DNA of 64,000 nucleotides from the human T2T-CHM13v2.0 reference genome, Homo sapiens, in the NCBI RefSeq assembly GCF_009914755.1, contig NC_060927.1; one strand, written 5' to 3'. The notes below the pieces were generated by a model. That model made no database searches and was not told the origin of the DNA. It saw only the letters and a list, made by a program, of their open reading frames with translations. The translations under genes were made by a program, and so were the position numbers. The stretch's first letter is position 1, and every line of letters starts with the position of its first letter. Below are positions 33,131 to 46,350 of the stretch, in pieces.

Positions 33131-33435
33131 TTTATTTTATTTTTACTTTTTTCTTAAGAGACAGGGTCTCACTCTGTCACCCAAGTGGAATGCAGTGGCA
33201 GGTAGCTCACTGCAGACTCGAACTCCGGGGCTCAAGGGAAGCTCCTGCCTTAGCCTCTTGAGTAATTGGAACTATGGTGTGCACCACCATGCCTGGCTAA
33301 TTTTTAAATTTCTTGAGAGATGAGGTCTTGCTATGTTATCTAGTCTCAAATTCCTGGCTTCAAGTCATCCTCCCTCCTCAGCCTCGCAAAGCACCGGGAT
33401 TATAAATTAGGAGGAGGTAAAGTAGCACCCAACCT
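33131..33435 (-). mobile_element. AluJ-like, inserted in a MIR, carrying a non-Alu patch at 33403-33426
   Basis: TSD AGAGCCCTGGGTTT (33120) / AGGGCCCTGGGTTT (33438). Confidence 0.92.
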
Positions 33436-35905
33436 GCAGGGCCCTGGGTTTGAAGTCAGATTTGCCTCTGACTTACTGGATGGGAGATCCTGGGTAGTTC
33501 CCAGCCTGGCTAAGCCCTATGTCCCATCTGTAAATCAAAGTTGCTGATATTCCAAGAATCCCTTCAGGTGGCAAACTAAGATCACTCCCAAGTCTCGACT
33601 TATACAGGACTCACAGCTACCTGTTTTCATTGGTTACTGTACCTCTTTGAGTCTAATAATCATGCTATTTTTATGTTGTCTCTTTCCTCCTTAGACAAGT
33701 ATTTCTTTACTTTTTTTCAATACTGCCCCTTAAGTATTTTTGACACTTTTTTCTCTAATTGTTCTCCCCTCTCCTTATGATTTAAATACCACAGATATCA
33801 ATTTGTATATCAATTTCTGCAATGTGATTCCTTGGAAGGGCATAAAGCATTGTAAGTTCTAAAAATTTTCGAACCTCTAAAATCAATTTTTGCCCCCTTA
33901 GGGGCATTATCACTCCTTGTTAAAAAATGCATGCTTAATACTGCAAGTTATATGTCAACAGGAAATATGTATCTTGTTTGAACAGTATCCTTAGCACATG
34001 GCACATAAGAAATGCAGTGGTATTTATTGGATGGGTGACTGAGTGAATCAATTGATGGATTGAGGATTAACAGAGTCATGTAAAAAAATTGCTTAGTCTT
34101 ATTCCTGCTACAGAGCAAGTAGAAAATATATATTTGCTTCCACTTCTGAAACTTGTCAAAACCTTTCAGTAGCATTGATCAAAATTATTTCAGAGATTTA
34201 TTTTCCTCTTTTTATCTCTAACCTAACTGTCGACACACTGAGTGCACAGGCCAATGCCTGATACTCTGTGTACTCTGTACTACGTTAAGTATTTAATGAA
34301 TGAATAAATGAAAGGAAGAATTAAAATGTAGGGTTTAACTCATCCTTGATCGGAACAATTCCAAGAGTCTAGTGCTTGCCCCACTAGCGAAGGAGACATG
34401 ATACCTTTGCTCACAGGCACCATTTCTGTCTCATTACAGTGATTTTGTTCTGCTACCTGAAAGCCCTCTGTAGGCAAAAGAGAAAGCAACCTTGCACAAT
34501 GCAGTAGTGGCTTATTCAGCTTGTTTTTTAACCAGAAAGTCTTTGTGATAAGAATCCTATTACTTTGCAAAAAGAGAGCTTTGCCTCAGGAATGTGAACA
34601 CGAGAAGAATGAGGTCTAGCAAATTGAATATATGGAGGTAGAAGTCAGCCAAGGAGATGACTTGGGGCAAGGAGGGTAGTGATTGAGAGAAAGAAGAAGG
34701 CAATTTTGAGGGTCTGGAAAGGTTCTATTTCCTGATCTGTGTGCTGATTATATGGGTGTGCTCACTTTGTAATAATTCACAAGCTATACACTTAAAATTT
34801 GTGTATTTTTCTAGAGGCACAATTAAAAGAAAGAATAATGAGGCCAACAAACTTAACCTTTTGAAAATCAGACACTCAGGCTAGTCAATTTTCTTCTCTG
34901 AGCCTCAATTTCTTCCTAATAATAGTACTTACTTCTCAGGTTTGATGTGAGTATTAAATACAGTATATAAATTACTTAGTGTAGTGCCTGGTTCATTATT
35001 TATCAGTTATTACTAATTAGTTATTATTATCATTAACTCAGCCCAAATTTATTAAAACCATACTAAAAGTGTCCATTACTTTTAATTCATATGCAAGGAG
35101 TCTAAATTCAGAAAACGGTAAAATGAGGACACTCCCCTATCCTCTCATATTTCATCATAAAAATTTTCAGATACACAGAAAAGTTGGAAAGAATGGTAGA
35201 GTCAATGCTCCTAGAGTCACCATCTGCATTCTATGCCTAACATTTTGCTAGATTTGCTTCATTGCATAGCCATCCATCTATCCCTCCCTCAGGGACTTCT
35301 GTTACGGACACCTGACCATGGCAGTAGGATGGGGACTACTAAGGAAAACAATTGTGCTAGTTTCAGGAAGTCTCTGGCCGAACTTACCCAATGGAGCCAC
35401 CTTGTGTTGAATAATTCAAGTCTTCATATTCATACTTCTCAGCAGTCCAGAAACAAGATAACTTGCCGTAGGAGAAGCAGGTAACACAGCGTCAAGGCTG
35501 CTATGCCCTACAGAGAAGCAAGTGAAAAACAAAGCCTTCTCCTGACCTTGGCTTGCCCAAGAGAATATGCAGCAGATGTAAATTCCTCCCAAGAGTTTTT
35601 AAATTCATAAATTAACACTGACTTTGAATTAGTCATATTTTCCACTGAATGGATACAGAAAAGCCTAGAGTTTTTTTTTTTCTTACAGACAAGCTGAGTT
35701 TCCATATTCTAGTTTTTCTGTAACAACTATGTAGCATTTGCACAATAAGAGCATTTGTTTTGGTTCCTGCTTTAATAAATCGTGGTTCTGCTTTAATGAA
35801 CAAAACCAAATAATTTGTAATTGGTCCATTAATTATCTGCATGTAAATGCCGATGTTAGAGTAACTTAATAAGCCATTGAAAAAGCATTCTTGTTTGCCA
35901 GTTGA

Positions 35906-36475
<570 letters not shown>

Positions 36476-37048
36476 AAGAGTGAATTATTAATAGCTAGAA
36501 GAGTGCTAAACTTTGGGGCACGTAAGAATGTGCTATGGTGCTTCCAAAAAAATCCTATTGCCCAGGTCCAACACCTTATCAATTAAATCAGAAAGTCCAG
36601 GTCAGGGTGTGTGCCAGATATCAGTAATTTTTAAAGATCCCCAGATAATTCCAGTATGTAGCAAAATTTGGATAATGGTGGCCTATAAAATGATCCTTTT
36701 ACCCATCTGACTCTCCCATGTACAAAAGGAAAAAATAGCCAAGCAAAATAACGAAAGCAAAGAAACAGATAAAAGAATAAATTCTCCCCTAATCTATCAT
36801 CATAAGAAGTGTCATTCCTTTGGATATTTAAAATACAGTGGACTCAACAGCAAGTGAATCATTTCACTAACTGGAGATCCTTTCCAGAAGAACTTGTTTG
36901 GAACAGAGAGAGGACTGACTATGGATTCTGAAATGAAGCCCAAAAAAGGCAGAGTGGTGGCCATGAATGGGGAAAGAAGACAAGGCAGGCAAGGACAAGT
37001 TTGGATCTTGAACAGTTGGCCAACACTGCTGGCACCCAAGAGTATAAC

Positions 37049-37475
37049 TGCTGTAGTTTGGATGTTTGTCTCCTCCAAATATGATGTTGAAATTTGATCC
37101 CAGACACTGGAAGTGAGGCCTAATGGGAAGCATTTGGGTCATAGGTGAAGGTTCCTCATGAATGTCTTCGTGCCATCCTCTAGGTAATGAGTGAATGTCA
37201 GCTCTATTAGGTCCCATGAGAGCTGGTTGTTAAGAAAAACCTGGCACCTCCTAAGTCTCTCTCTTGCTCCCTCTCTTACCATGGGACCTCTCCACACTCC
37301 AGCTCCGCTTTGCCTTCCGCCCTGAGTGGAAGCAGCCTGAGGCCTTCACCAGAAGCCAAGCAGGTGCTAGTGCCCTGCTTCTGGTATAGCCTACAGAATG
37401 ATGGGCTAAATAAACCTCTTTATAAATTTCCCAGCCTCAGGTGTTTCTCTATAGCAACACAAACAGACTAAGACA
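37049..37475 (+). mobile_element. MaLR solo LTR (MSTB-like)
   Basis: TGCTGTAGTTTGGATGTTTG...GAGTGGAAGCAGCCTGAGGCC...AACAGACTAAGACA. Confidence 0.88.
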
Positions 37476-38030
37476 ATGTCTGAAAGAAATATTTGTGAGG
37501 GAAAATCCAGACTATATTTTAATGGAAAATCTCAGGCAAAATGCCTCTTCTAGAAATAGGAAAAATGTGTTTTCTGGGGAGGGTGGGAAGCAGAGCCATC
37601 TGTTACACCATCTAAAGATGTTTTTGGTTCTTCTTCCAATTGTGATCCCCTAGGACTACCTCCCATTTATCTAACTCAATGTAAATCATCTCCTACAGCC
37701 ATTTTGAAGCACTAGTGTGTGGGCATTCAGGAAGAGGCAAGTGTATGGCTTTGGTTGCAGTTCTGGGTGTGCCCCTTTTCTAAGAACTTTGAGCCTCACT
37801 CTCTGCATTTTGTGGTGGAACTAATATTTGAAGCTTTTCAAAGTGAATGCAAAGATTAAATAAAATCAGGACACTTTTCACAGTGCCTAGAACTCTGCAG
37901 GACTCAATGCATGGTGGTGGTTATTATTCACTGTACCTGTCTGGGGTGTCTTACTCAGTTTTCCCAAAGTTTTCTTGGTAAGTAGAGTAGAGAGAGAGAG
38001 TATGTATCCTTGAGGAGAGATTTGGATCTG

Positions 38031-38459
38031 GCAGTAGTAGGCTGGACCTATCTCTTACCATCACATGCCAGCCTATGAGAGAGCTAACTATTAGAATTTT
38101 AGAAATGTTATGAGTCAGTTTATAAAAACAACCATTATTAAAATTAAATAATACAAACTTACATTCAATACATTAAATTAAAAGCAAAAGCAATAAATAC
38201 TTAAAACTCATCACTTCCTAATTATTTCACTACATTTTACTGCTTTCTTTTCATCTGAGTTTATTTGTATCTGTTGGGTCTGTATGGTGGAAATACTGTA
38301 TAATTGTATGCTACATTGCCTCATAATATCACATAGGCACCTTAAAATCAATCATAGTGTTTATAGTATGGAAATCAAGAAATGCTGCAAATCAAGGTGT
38401 TTTTATTTTTGTGTTTTCTGTCAGATAACTGGTTGTAAACATTTACCACTATACCTCTG
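38031..38459. mobile_element. MER63-like hAT fossil
   Basis: AAAACTCATCACTTCCTAATTATTT..TGTATGGTGGAAATACT..AAACATTTACCA; CAG..CTG ends. Confidence 0.8.
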
Positions 38460-39214
38460 AGCCTGTATGTGGGGAGAGGGAGAAGAGATGAGTGCAACTG
38501 AAGCACCTTAACTATTATCAGGAAAGACATCAATAGGTTACGACTTGGAAGATTTTCCCAAAAGTTACCTAGAAAACCACATGGGAAGAAAAAACTTCTC
38601 CCCGTATCTTTTTCAAAATAGGCAAGATGCTGAAAAAGAAAATCCAGCAACTAGCCAGAGTCCATGCTCTATTTTCTAAAGGCAAAATCAGGTCTGTTTT
38701 CACAAGTGACAGTGAGGCCAGAAGATTTTGAAATCGCTTGTGAAAATACGAGAAGACAAACTTTCCCAATTCTGAAAATTGACCTTGTAGAAAAGATATG
38801 CATCTGTAATGCTTGTGTTTTATGAATTTAATTTCAAAGGAAATGTATTCAAATGGTCCAAAAAACCAGAAGGTATAGAAAGCTATGAAATGAACACATC
38901 TGTCCTCTTTCTGATACCCACACCACCAGTATCACTGCTGCTCTTTTTATATATCCTTCCAGTTTCTTTTTGCATATCCAAGTAAATAAAATTTGGATTT
39001 TTACCACCATCATCCTCCCCCTCTTTACATAAAGTATAGTGTAATATAGTTATTGTCCTTTAGCTTGGCTCCCCCACCCCCACTTAGTAATGGATTTAAG
39101 TGCTGTCCATGTAAGTGCAGAGAGCTTTTCCATTTTTTAAGAATTGGGTAACTGCCCAGAGGCCAAAAAAAAACCTAAAAGGTAGAAAGCAACTTCCAAA
39201 CTCATTTCTAGCCA

Positions 39215-39519
39215 CTTTCTCTCCTCCTCCTCCTCTCCCAACCCCCTCCTCCCCCTCCTCTTCTTCCTCTCCCTCCTCCCTCCCTTCCTCTCTTCCTCCC
39301 TTTCACCTTCCCTCCTCCCTTCTCCCTCCCTCCTTCCTTCCTTTCTCTCTCTTCCTTTTGCTTGCTTGCTTTCTTTTCTCTCTCTCTCCCTCCCTCCCTC
39401 CCTCCCTTCCTTTCTTCCTTTCTTCCTTTCTCTCCCTCTCTCCTTTCTTTCCTTCCTTTCCTTTCTCTCCTCCTCTTCCTTCTTATTCTTCTTCTTCCTT
39501 TTTTTCTTCTCCCTTTTCT

Positions 39520-39580
<61 letters not shown>
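39215..39580. repeat. About 330-bp polypyrimidine tract ending in a compound (CT)n(GT)n microsatellite
   Basis: Directly visible; (CT)n at about 39521-39546 and (GT)n to 39580. Confidence 0.97.
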
Positions 39581-39582
<2 letters not shown>

Positions 39583-40015
39583 TTTCTCCTTCCACCACAC
39601 TGAGGCCTCCTCACCTCACATGAGCCAACTGGGCTTCCTGCTTTCTCCAGACCTTTCTTTGCTGTGTATGCTTTTTCTGAAATGCCCTGGATCACCCAGC
39701 AAACTCAGGTACGCTGGTGTTTGGTCTATAGCTGTGGTGTGTGGCAAGACTACCAGATCTGTAGTTGGATGGTGCGTACTCAAATCCCAGCTCCCTTGCT
39801 TACATGCTCCTTCAGTCTCAATTGACTTAATCTTTAATTTCTCTAAGCCCCACTCTCCTACTCAATAAAATGTGGAAGCAGTATTTCACAGTGGATATTA
39901 ATGTGGGTTTTAGAGTTAGAAATATCAGGGTTAGAATCCCCATTCATCTTCCTATGGGTTAGTTAACTAGGTAAATTACTTAGTGATTCTTAGCTTTGTT
40001 ATCACATTTATAAAA

Positions 40016-40521
40016 TATGAAAAATACTCCATCAATTTTTCAAATTTCTGCATGTCTTATGAATAATAAATTCAGCTTTTGTTTCAAAACTCCATCTTTC
40101 CAAGAATATTTATATAGCACACACTGTGGAAAATAGAGGCAAGTTTCTCCTTAAGGGGCAGAGGAAAATTTGTTTTCTGCTCAGGATAATAAAAATAATG
40201 CCCACATTAAAAATTGAAGAGTTTTGCATACAGACCCCTTATAAAATAATGAGGTTTCCTAAACTCAGGGTTTTTCACGTGTAAAACAACCTACAGGTTG
40301 TACAGCATGCATCTGGACCTTTTTCACACCCTGTGGGAATTGAGACTTTGGAAACCAAGACAAATGATGTGACTGGCTATTGCTATTCCTGTGAGTAGTA
40401 GACTGTCCTTTGTCTCTGACCTAGGAGTCTTGTGTCTTCTTCCAACATTCATGAGACTGTGCAAGCTAACTTGTTAGTGTACAAGTAGGGTAAAATCCCA
40501 GCTCCTTTACAATTCTTGACA
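40016..40521 (+). mobile_element. ERVL-class solo LTR (LTR40-like), next to MIR sequence
   Basis: CTGTCCTTTGTCTCTGACCTAGGAGTCT...GCTAACTTGTTAG..AAGTAGGGTAAAATC..TTCTTGACA. Confidence 0.8.
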
Positions 40522-40759
40522 TTTACTTCATATATTTGTTGTAATAAATATAACATATTAATATATAAAATTATATATATTTTTATATATAAAGCACATA
40601 TGACAATGCTTCTGCCTAGTCCATAATAGTTGCACAATAAATGAGAGCTATAAATATCAATTTTTCTTATTTTTTCCTGGGTCAGAGGATTGCCTGGGAA
40701 GTCAATAAAAGTATAAATGTGAATGATATTATCACAGTGCCTGGTACATGGTAGGCTCG

Positions 40760-42819
40760 TGTATTAGTCCATTTTCTTACTGCTATAAAGAACTCCCTGA
40801 GACTGGGTAATTTATTAAGGAAAGAAGTTTAATTGACTCACTGAGCAAGGCTGGGGAGGCTTCAGGAGACTTACAATACTGTCAAATGGCAAAGAGGAAG
40901 CAAGGCATCTTCTTCACAAGGTGGCAGGAAAGAGAAGTGCTGAGTGAAGTGGGGAAGAGCCCCTTATAAAACCATCACATCTCATGAGAACTTGCCCACT
41001 ATCATGAGAACAGCATGGGAGAAACCACTCCCATAATTCAATTAACTCCACCTGATCTCTCCCTTGAAACCTTTTGCCAAAATGAAGGGGCTACAGGCCC
41101 CATGTAAGTCTGAAATCCAGCCAGGCAGTCAAATCTTAAAGCTCCAGAATGATCTCTTTTGACTCCATGTCTCACATTCAGGTCACACTGATGCAAGAAG
41201 TTGGTTCTCACAGTCTTGGGCAGCTCCACCCCTGTAGCTTTGTAGGGTACAGCCCCACTCCTGGTTGCTTTCATCGGCTGGTGTTGAGTGTCTGTGGCTT
41301 TTCCAGGCACACAATGCAAACTGTTGGTTGATCTACCATTCTGGGCTCTGGAAGACAGCGATCCTCTTCTCACAGCTCCACTGGGCAGTGCCACAATGGG
41401 GACTCTGTGTGGGGGCTCTAACCCCACATTTCTCTTCTGCACTGCCCTAGCAGAGGTCATTCATGAGGGCTCCACTCCTATAGCAAACTTCTGCCTGGAC
41501 TTCCAGGTGTTTCCATATATCCTCTGAAATCTAGATGGAGGATCCCAAACCTCAGTTCTTGACTACCATGCACCCGCAGGCCCAACACCATGTGGAAGCT
41601 GCCAAGGCTTGGGGCTTGCACCCTCTGAAGCAGCAGTGTGAGTTGTACATTGGACCCTTTTAGTCACAGCTGGGATGCAGGGCACCAAGTCCTGAGACTG
41701 TGCAAAGCAGCGAGGCCCGGGGCCTAGCCCAGAAAACCATTTTTCCTCTTAGGCCTCTGGGCCAGTGATGGGAGAAGTTGCTGTGAAGACCTCTGACACG
41801 CCCTGGAAACATTTTCCACATTGTCTTGGTGATTTACATTTGGCTTCTAGTTACTTATGCAAATTTCTGCAGCTGCCTTGAATTTCTCCTCAGAAAATGG
41901 GTTTCTCTTTCCTTGTAATCAGGCTGCAAATTTTTCAAACTTTTATGCTCTACTTCCCTTTTAAACATAAGTTCCAATTCCAAACCATCTCTTGAATGCA
42001 TAGAACCAAATGCTTTGAAGCGCACCCAAGTCACGTCTTGAATGCTTTGCTGCTTATAAATTTCTTCTTCCGGATACTCTAAGTCATCTCTCTCAAGTGC
42101 AAAATTTCACAGATCTCTAGGACAGGGGCAAAATGCTCCCAGTCTCTTTGCTAAAGCATAGCAAGGGTCACCTTTGATCCAATTCCCAACAAGTTCCTCA
42201 TCTCTATCTGAGACCACTTGAGCCTGGACTTCATTGTCCATATCACTGTCAGCAGATTTGTCAAAGCTATTCAACAAGTCTCTAGGAAGTTCCAAACTTT
42301 CCCACATTTTCCTATCTTCTCCTGAGCCCTCCAAACTGTTCCAACCTCTGCCTGTTATCCAGTTCCAAAGTTGCTTCCACAATTTCAAGTGTCTGTATAG
42401 CAGCACCCCATTCCTGGTACCAATTTATTGTATTAGTTCATTTTCATATGGCCATAAAGAACTTCCCGAGACTGGGTAATTTATATAGGAAAGAGGCTTA
42501 ATTGACTCACAGTTCAGCATGGCTGGGGAGGCCTCAAGAGACTTACAATTATGGTGGAAGGTGAAGAGGGAGCACAAGGCATCTTCTTCATAAGGTGTCA
42601 GAAAGGAAAAGTGCCAAGAGAAGGGGAGAAAAGCCTCCTATAAAACCATCAGATCTCATGAGAATGTACTTACTCTCCTGAGAACAGCATGGGGGAAATC
42701 ACCCTCTGATTCATTTACCTCCACCTGGTCTCTCCCTTGACACGTGAGGATTATGGGGATTATTGGGATTACAATTCGATATGAGATTTGAATGGGGACA
42801 CAAAGCCTAACCCATATCA
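40760..42819 (-). mobile_element. THE1D-like MaLR element (LTR-internal-LTR) with a deletion at the 3'LTR/internal junction
   Basis: LTRs at 40760-41067 (truncated) and 42429-42819; internal sequence similar to 59370-60692. Confidence 0.92.
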
Positions 42820-44963
42820 GTTCTTACCTAGGAAATCTTTCTTTTCATTTATTGTATCTTCTTGAAGAAGCTGTGATAGCAGGAAGGGACATGGACATAT
42901 TATAAATGTAGATTAAGTTCCCAATTTGTTTTCAAGAACTCAACTAATGGGGGGTAGCTCCATAGGGCAGGGGTAAAGGGTCTCATGTCTCAGTGCAGCG
43001 TTCTAGTGCCCCACCCTCTGTGCAAAGCTATGAAGCAAAGCTATGACGAAGCTATGCAAAGTAGAACGTTGCTAGATCCAGAAACATAATTTGGTCCTGC
43101 ATTCTAATTCCATAGAAATACCTATCATGGAGAAGAATATATACAGTCCTTGAACCTAAAGCTTTTATTTAAGAATATGCTTGTAGATGCTGGCACTCCT
43201 GATTATTGAACCTAAACCCTGTTTAAAGTAGCCACATCACACTGGGGAGGAAACTCTTTGTGTATGCCCATTCACTTTGTTGCATTGGCTTCCATCTTCC
43301 CAACAATCATGTAACAAATATCGCTACACGGGCACTTCAGGCTGGACTCTTGCTAGTCGCTTGCTATGGTGGTAGATGAAACAGACTCAGTCACTCCCCT
43401 TAGAAGCTTACAGTTGAGCAAATGTGACAACATCGAATGAGTAATGTACAATAAAGTACAAGTGTAATTGTAATCAGTGCTATGGAGGAAACCAACAGTG
43501 AGAAATTAGCTAGGGTAAGTAATCCACCGCTAAATATCAGCCGCTTAGCCTAATAAAAGTTGATTTATCACTCATACTCATGTCACAGTCTAGTGTGGGC
43601 AGACAGTAGGGATTGGGGTTGGTGTGAGGATGGTAGGTCCTGGGCTCCATTCAGTCTTTCAAGGATCCATACTCTCTTCATTAGTTGGTGCTGCCATTTT
43701 GAGGGCCTCCTCCCTTCTCTGTAATCAGCAGGTTGATAGCCATAAGGCAGGATATTGATGGACAAAGTCCTATGGATGGCCTGCCAGTGGCCCATGTCAT
43801 TACTGCTTACAGCATAAATACATGATGGGCTTGGAAATGCAGTTCAGCTGGATGTCTAAAATAGAGTCCCAAGTTGCCTCCTGCCCCAAGGGAGAGTGGC
43901 AGTGGATAGGGAGAGTGATCTCTTAGGGTGGTCAGAAAGGGCATCTCCCAGGAATCAACTTAGATTAGAAGCACAGATACTGAAGTCAGACAGCCAGGGT
44001 CTCCTCCTGACTCTGCTCCTTACCAGCTGGGTACTTTGGGTTAATTTGCCTGGTTTCTCCATGTCTCATTCTTCTCAGTTGTAAAATGTGGATGACACTT
44101 GTGAGAAATCAAATGAAATAACTGGTACAACCCTTAAGCAACATTTAGTATAGGTCTGATTGGTTCACTCTAAGTGTACCATTACTGTTAAATTATTATT
44201 GTGGCTGTCACTAGTAATAATAAGGTGGGATCTGAAGGAATTAGAATTTTAAAATTTTGAAACACTGTTGTCTAAGTTCTGTTACTATTCCCCACAAGCC
44301 ATCTCAATGTAAAATTTCACCTGATCCTTTGTTAACTGGCTCTATAGAATCTCTTCCCCTAACTTTCTGGTTTAGGGCTCCCATGACAGCCTACAAACAA
44401 GGACTCCAATGGGGTAGATACATGATTTTCATTTTAACTCACATTTTGCAATAGCTGTTGTTGTTTTTCTCTTTTGTCAAATGATGTGTTCAACTACAAG
44501 CTATTCTTCAATATTCTTTTTAGTCCTAACAATTCTGTGCACCTTTCAATGGCAAATTAAAACATTGTTACAACTGCCTGAATTTTAGGATTTGGGTTTG
44601 GCAGTAGGAATCTTGAATTGGCAAATATTTTTACCCACTGACACTTATATTTAAGGCAGATGCTTACAGTTAAGGAGTAACTCATAAAACATTACTCATA
44701 ACAGTAGAACACTCAGCAGCACCTCAAGTCATTACTCTGCTAACTTTTTGCTTGCATGTGCAGTAGTCCCAGCTCATACTCCTGCCATCTGTATAGCTGT
44801 CTCACTATGCAGTGAGAAGCCACCATATCTACTTACTTAAAAGACACCCTATAGGAAGGGCCAAAAGCATTGCTAATCTTAGTAAAACTTATTTTTTAAC
44901 TTTAAAGTTTAAAGGGGAACCAGCATTTTAGGTGATTAGCATAGATTACACTCTCAATTAACC

Positions 44964-45310
44964 TGTCTTATTTGATTTGGGGTGCTGTAACTAAACATAA
45001 ACTGAGTGGCTTATAAACAACAGGCATTTATTTCTCACAGAAGTCCAAGATCAAGGTGCTGGCAGATTTGGAGTCTGGTGAAGACTGGCTTCCTAGTTCA
45101 TACATGATGCCTTATCCTTGCATGCTCACGTGGTAGAAAGGACAAGGCACCTCTCTTGGGCCTTTTGTAATAAGGGCAGTAATTTCACTCATGAGGGCTT
45201 TGTCCTCATTATTTAATCATCCCCAATGGTTCTACCTCCTAATAACATCATATTGGTGATTGGGTTTCAGCATGTGAATTTTAGGGGATATAAACATTCA
45301 GACCATAGTA
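44964..45310 (-). mobile_element. MaLR solo LTR (MLT1A-like)
   Basis: AAGTCCAAGATCAAGGTGCTGGCAGATTTG...AACATTCAGACCATAGTA. Confidence 0.85.
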
Positions 45311-45499
45311 ACCTCTATGTTTTCATCATTTTCACCTCTGTAAAATGGGGCTTAAGAGATATTATTACATCTCTTTAGTGCAAAGACTCATTGTGAGACT
45401 GCATTTTTGCAGTGCCCAAAAAATTGCATGGCACATAGTAAACTATGCTACCTGCTATGAGGGGTCATTACTACCCTCTGTTGTAAATAGCCATTATTT

Positions 45500-46350
45500 T
45501 GGTATTTATTTGACTGATACTTATTAGTTGTCTGTTTGGTGCCAGGCATTGTACTAACTGATGAGGACTCAACTGGTGAACCAAAGCATTGTCCCTGCCC
45601 TCACTGAACGTGGCACTTAGCAAGGAGAATAGATGATAATCTAATGTTCTCTCATGTACAGTATGAAACTGCATCATTGACATCATTGACAGTCATTGAC
45701 AATGAGACTCCATTTTAAGGGAGTTTCACCTAAATCAGAGATTAGGAATGGTATCCTTGAAGAAGTGACTGAGGCATTGAAGGCTGGAGGATGGAGGAGG
45801 AGCTAACTTGGGCAAAAGAAAGAAAAGCCATCCATGAGAGAGAGCAGAATATGGCTGTAAAGCTCAGCTATGGTAAACCTCTGGAGAATGCTCATAGGAT
45901 TGCAGCATGTGGCATGAGGCATAAAAAGCAGGTCTTTAGGCCATGCCAAGAATTAGGGTTTTTAACTTATGAGCAATGAAAACCCATCTGATGAATTTTA
46001 AACAGTGAAGAGTAGGGTTACTATGACTAGATTAGATGATTAGATCTGCCTTCTGGAAAGACTGCTGTGTCTGGAGGATGAAATCTAGTGGATGTGTGTG
46101 GATCAGAATGGAGGGTCTTCCAAGACTCTGGGCCTGCCTTAGGAATCCACTGGGCTCAATCTGTGGGAGGTAATGGTGCAAAAGGAGAAATGTAGGTGGC
46201 TATGCTAGGTGCTTAGAGGATAAAATCAGTAAGACTTGGTCATGAGTTAGACATGGAAGATGACAAGAGGAAATGTTAAAATAGACTCTAAAATTCTGAT
46301 TTTCTAAATGGCACATGGAGATATTGACATATCTGGGAAGAAACATCATG
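45500..46350 (-). mobile_element. L2 fragment(s)
   Basis: TATTTATTTGACTGATACTTA..GTGCCAGGCATTGTACTA..GTCCCTGCCCTCA. Confidence 0.6.

Noticed and set aside
39651-39708. Possible 58-nt exon (TTTCTCCAG acceptor, CAG/GTACGC donor) after the pyrimidine tract
   Set aside because: Splice-like motifs occur by chance; no partner exons or transcript evidence available.
39115-39868. ORFs of 130-168 aa on both strands
   Set aside because: Artefacts of the CT-rich and GT microsatellite sequence.
41038-42479. ORFs in THE1 internal regions (also 59094-60596)
   Set aside because: Fragmented non-autonomous MaLR internal sequence; no continuous reading frame.
43021-43061. AAGCTATG triplication; similar CATTGACA x3 near 45674-45701
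   Set aside because: Ordinary short slippage repeats with no further structure.
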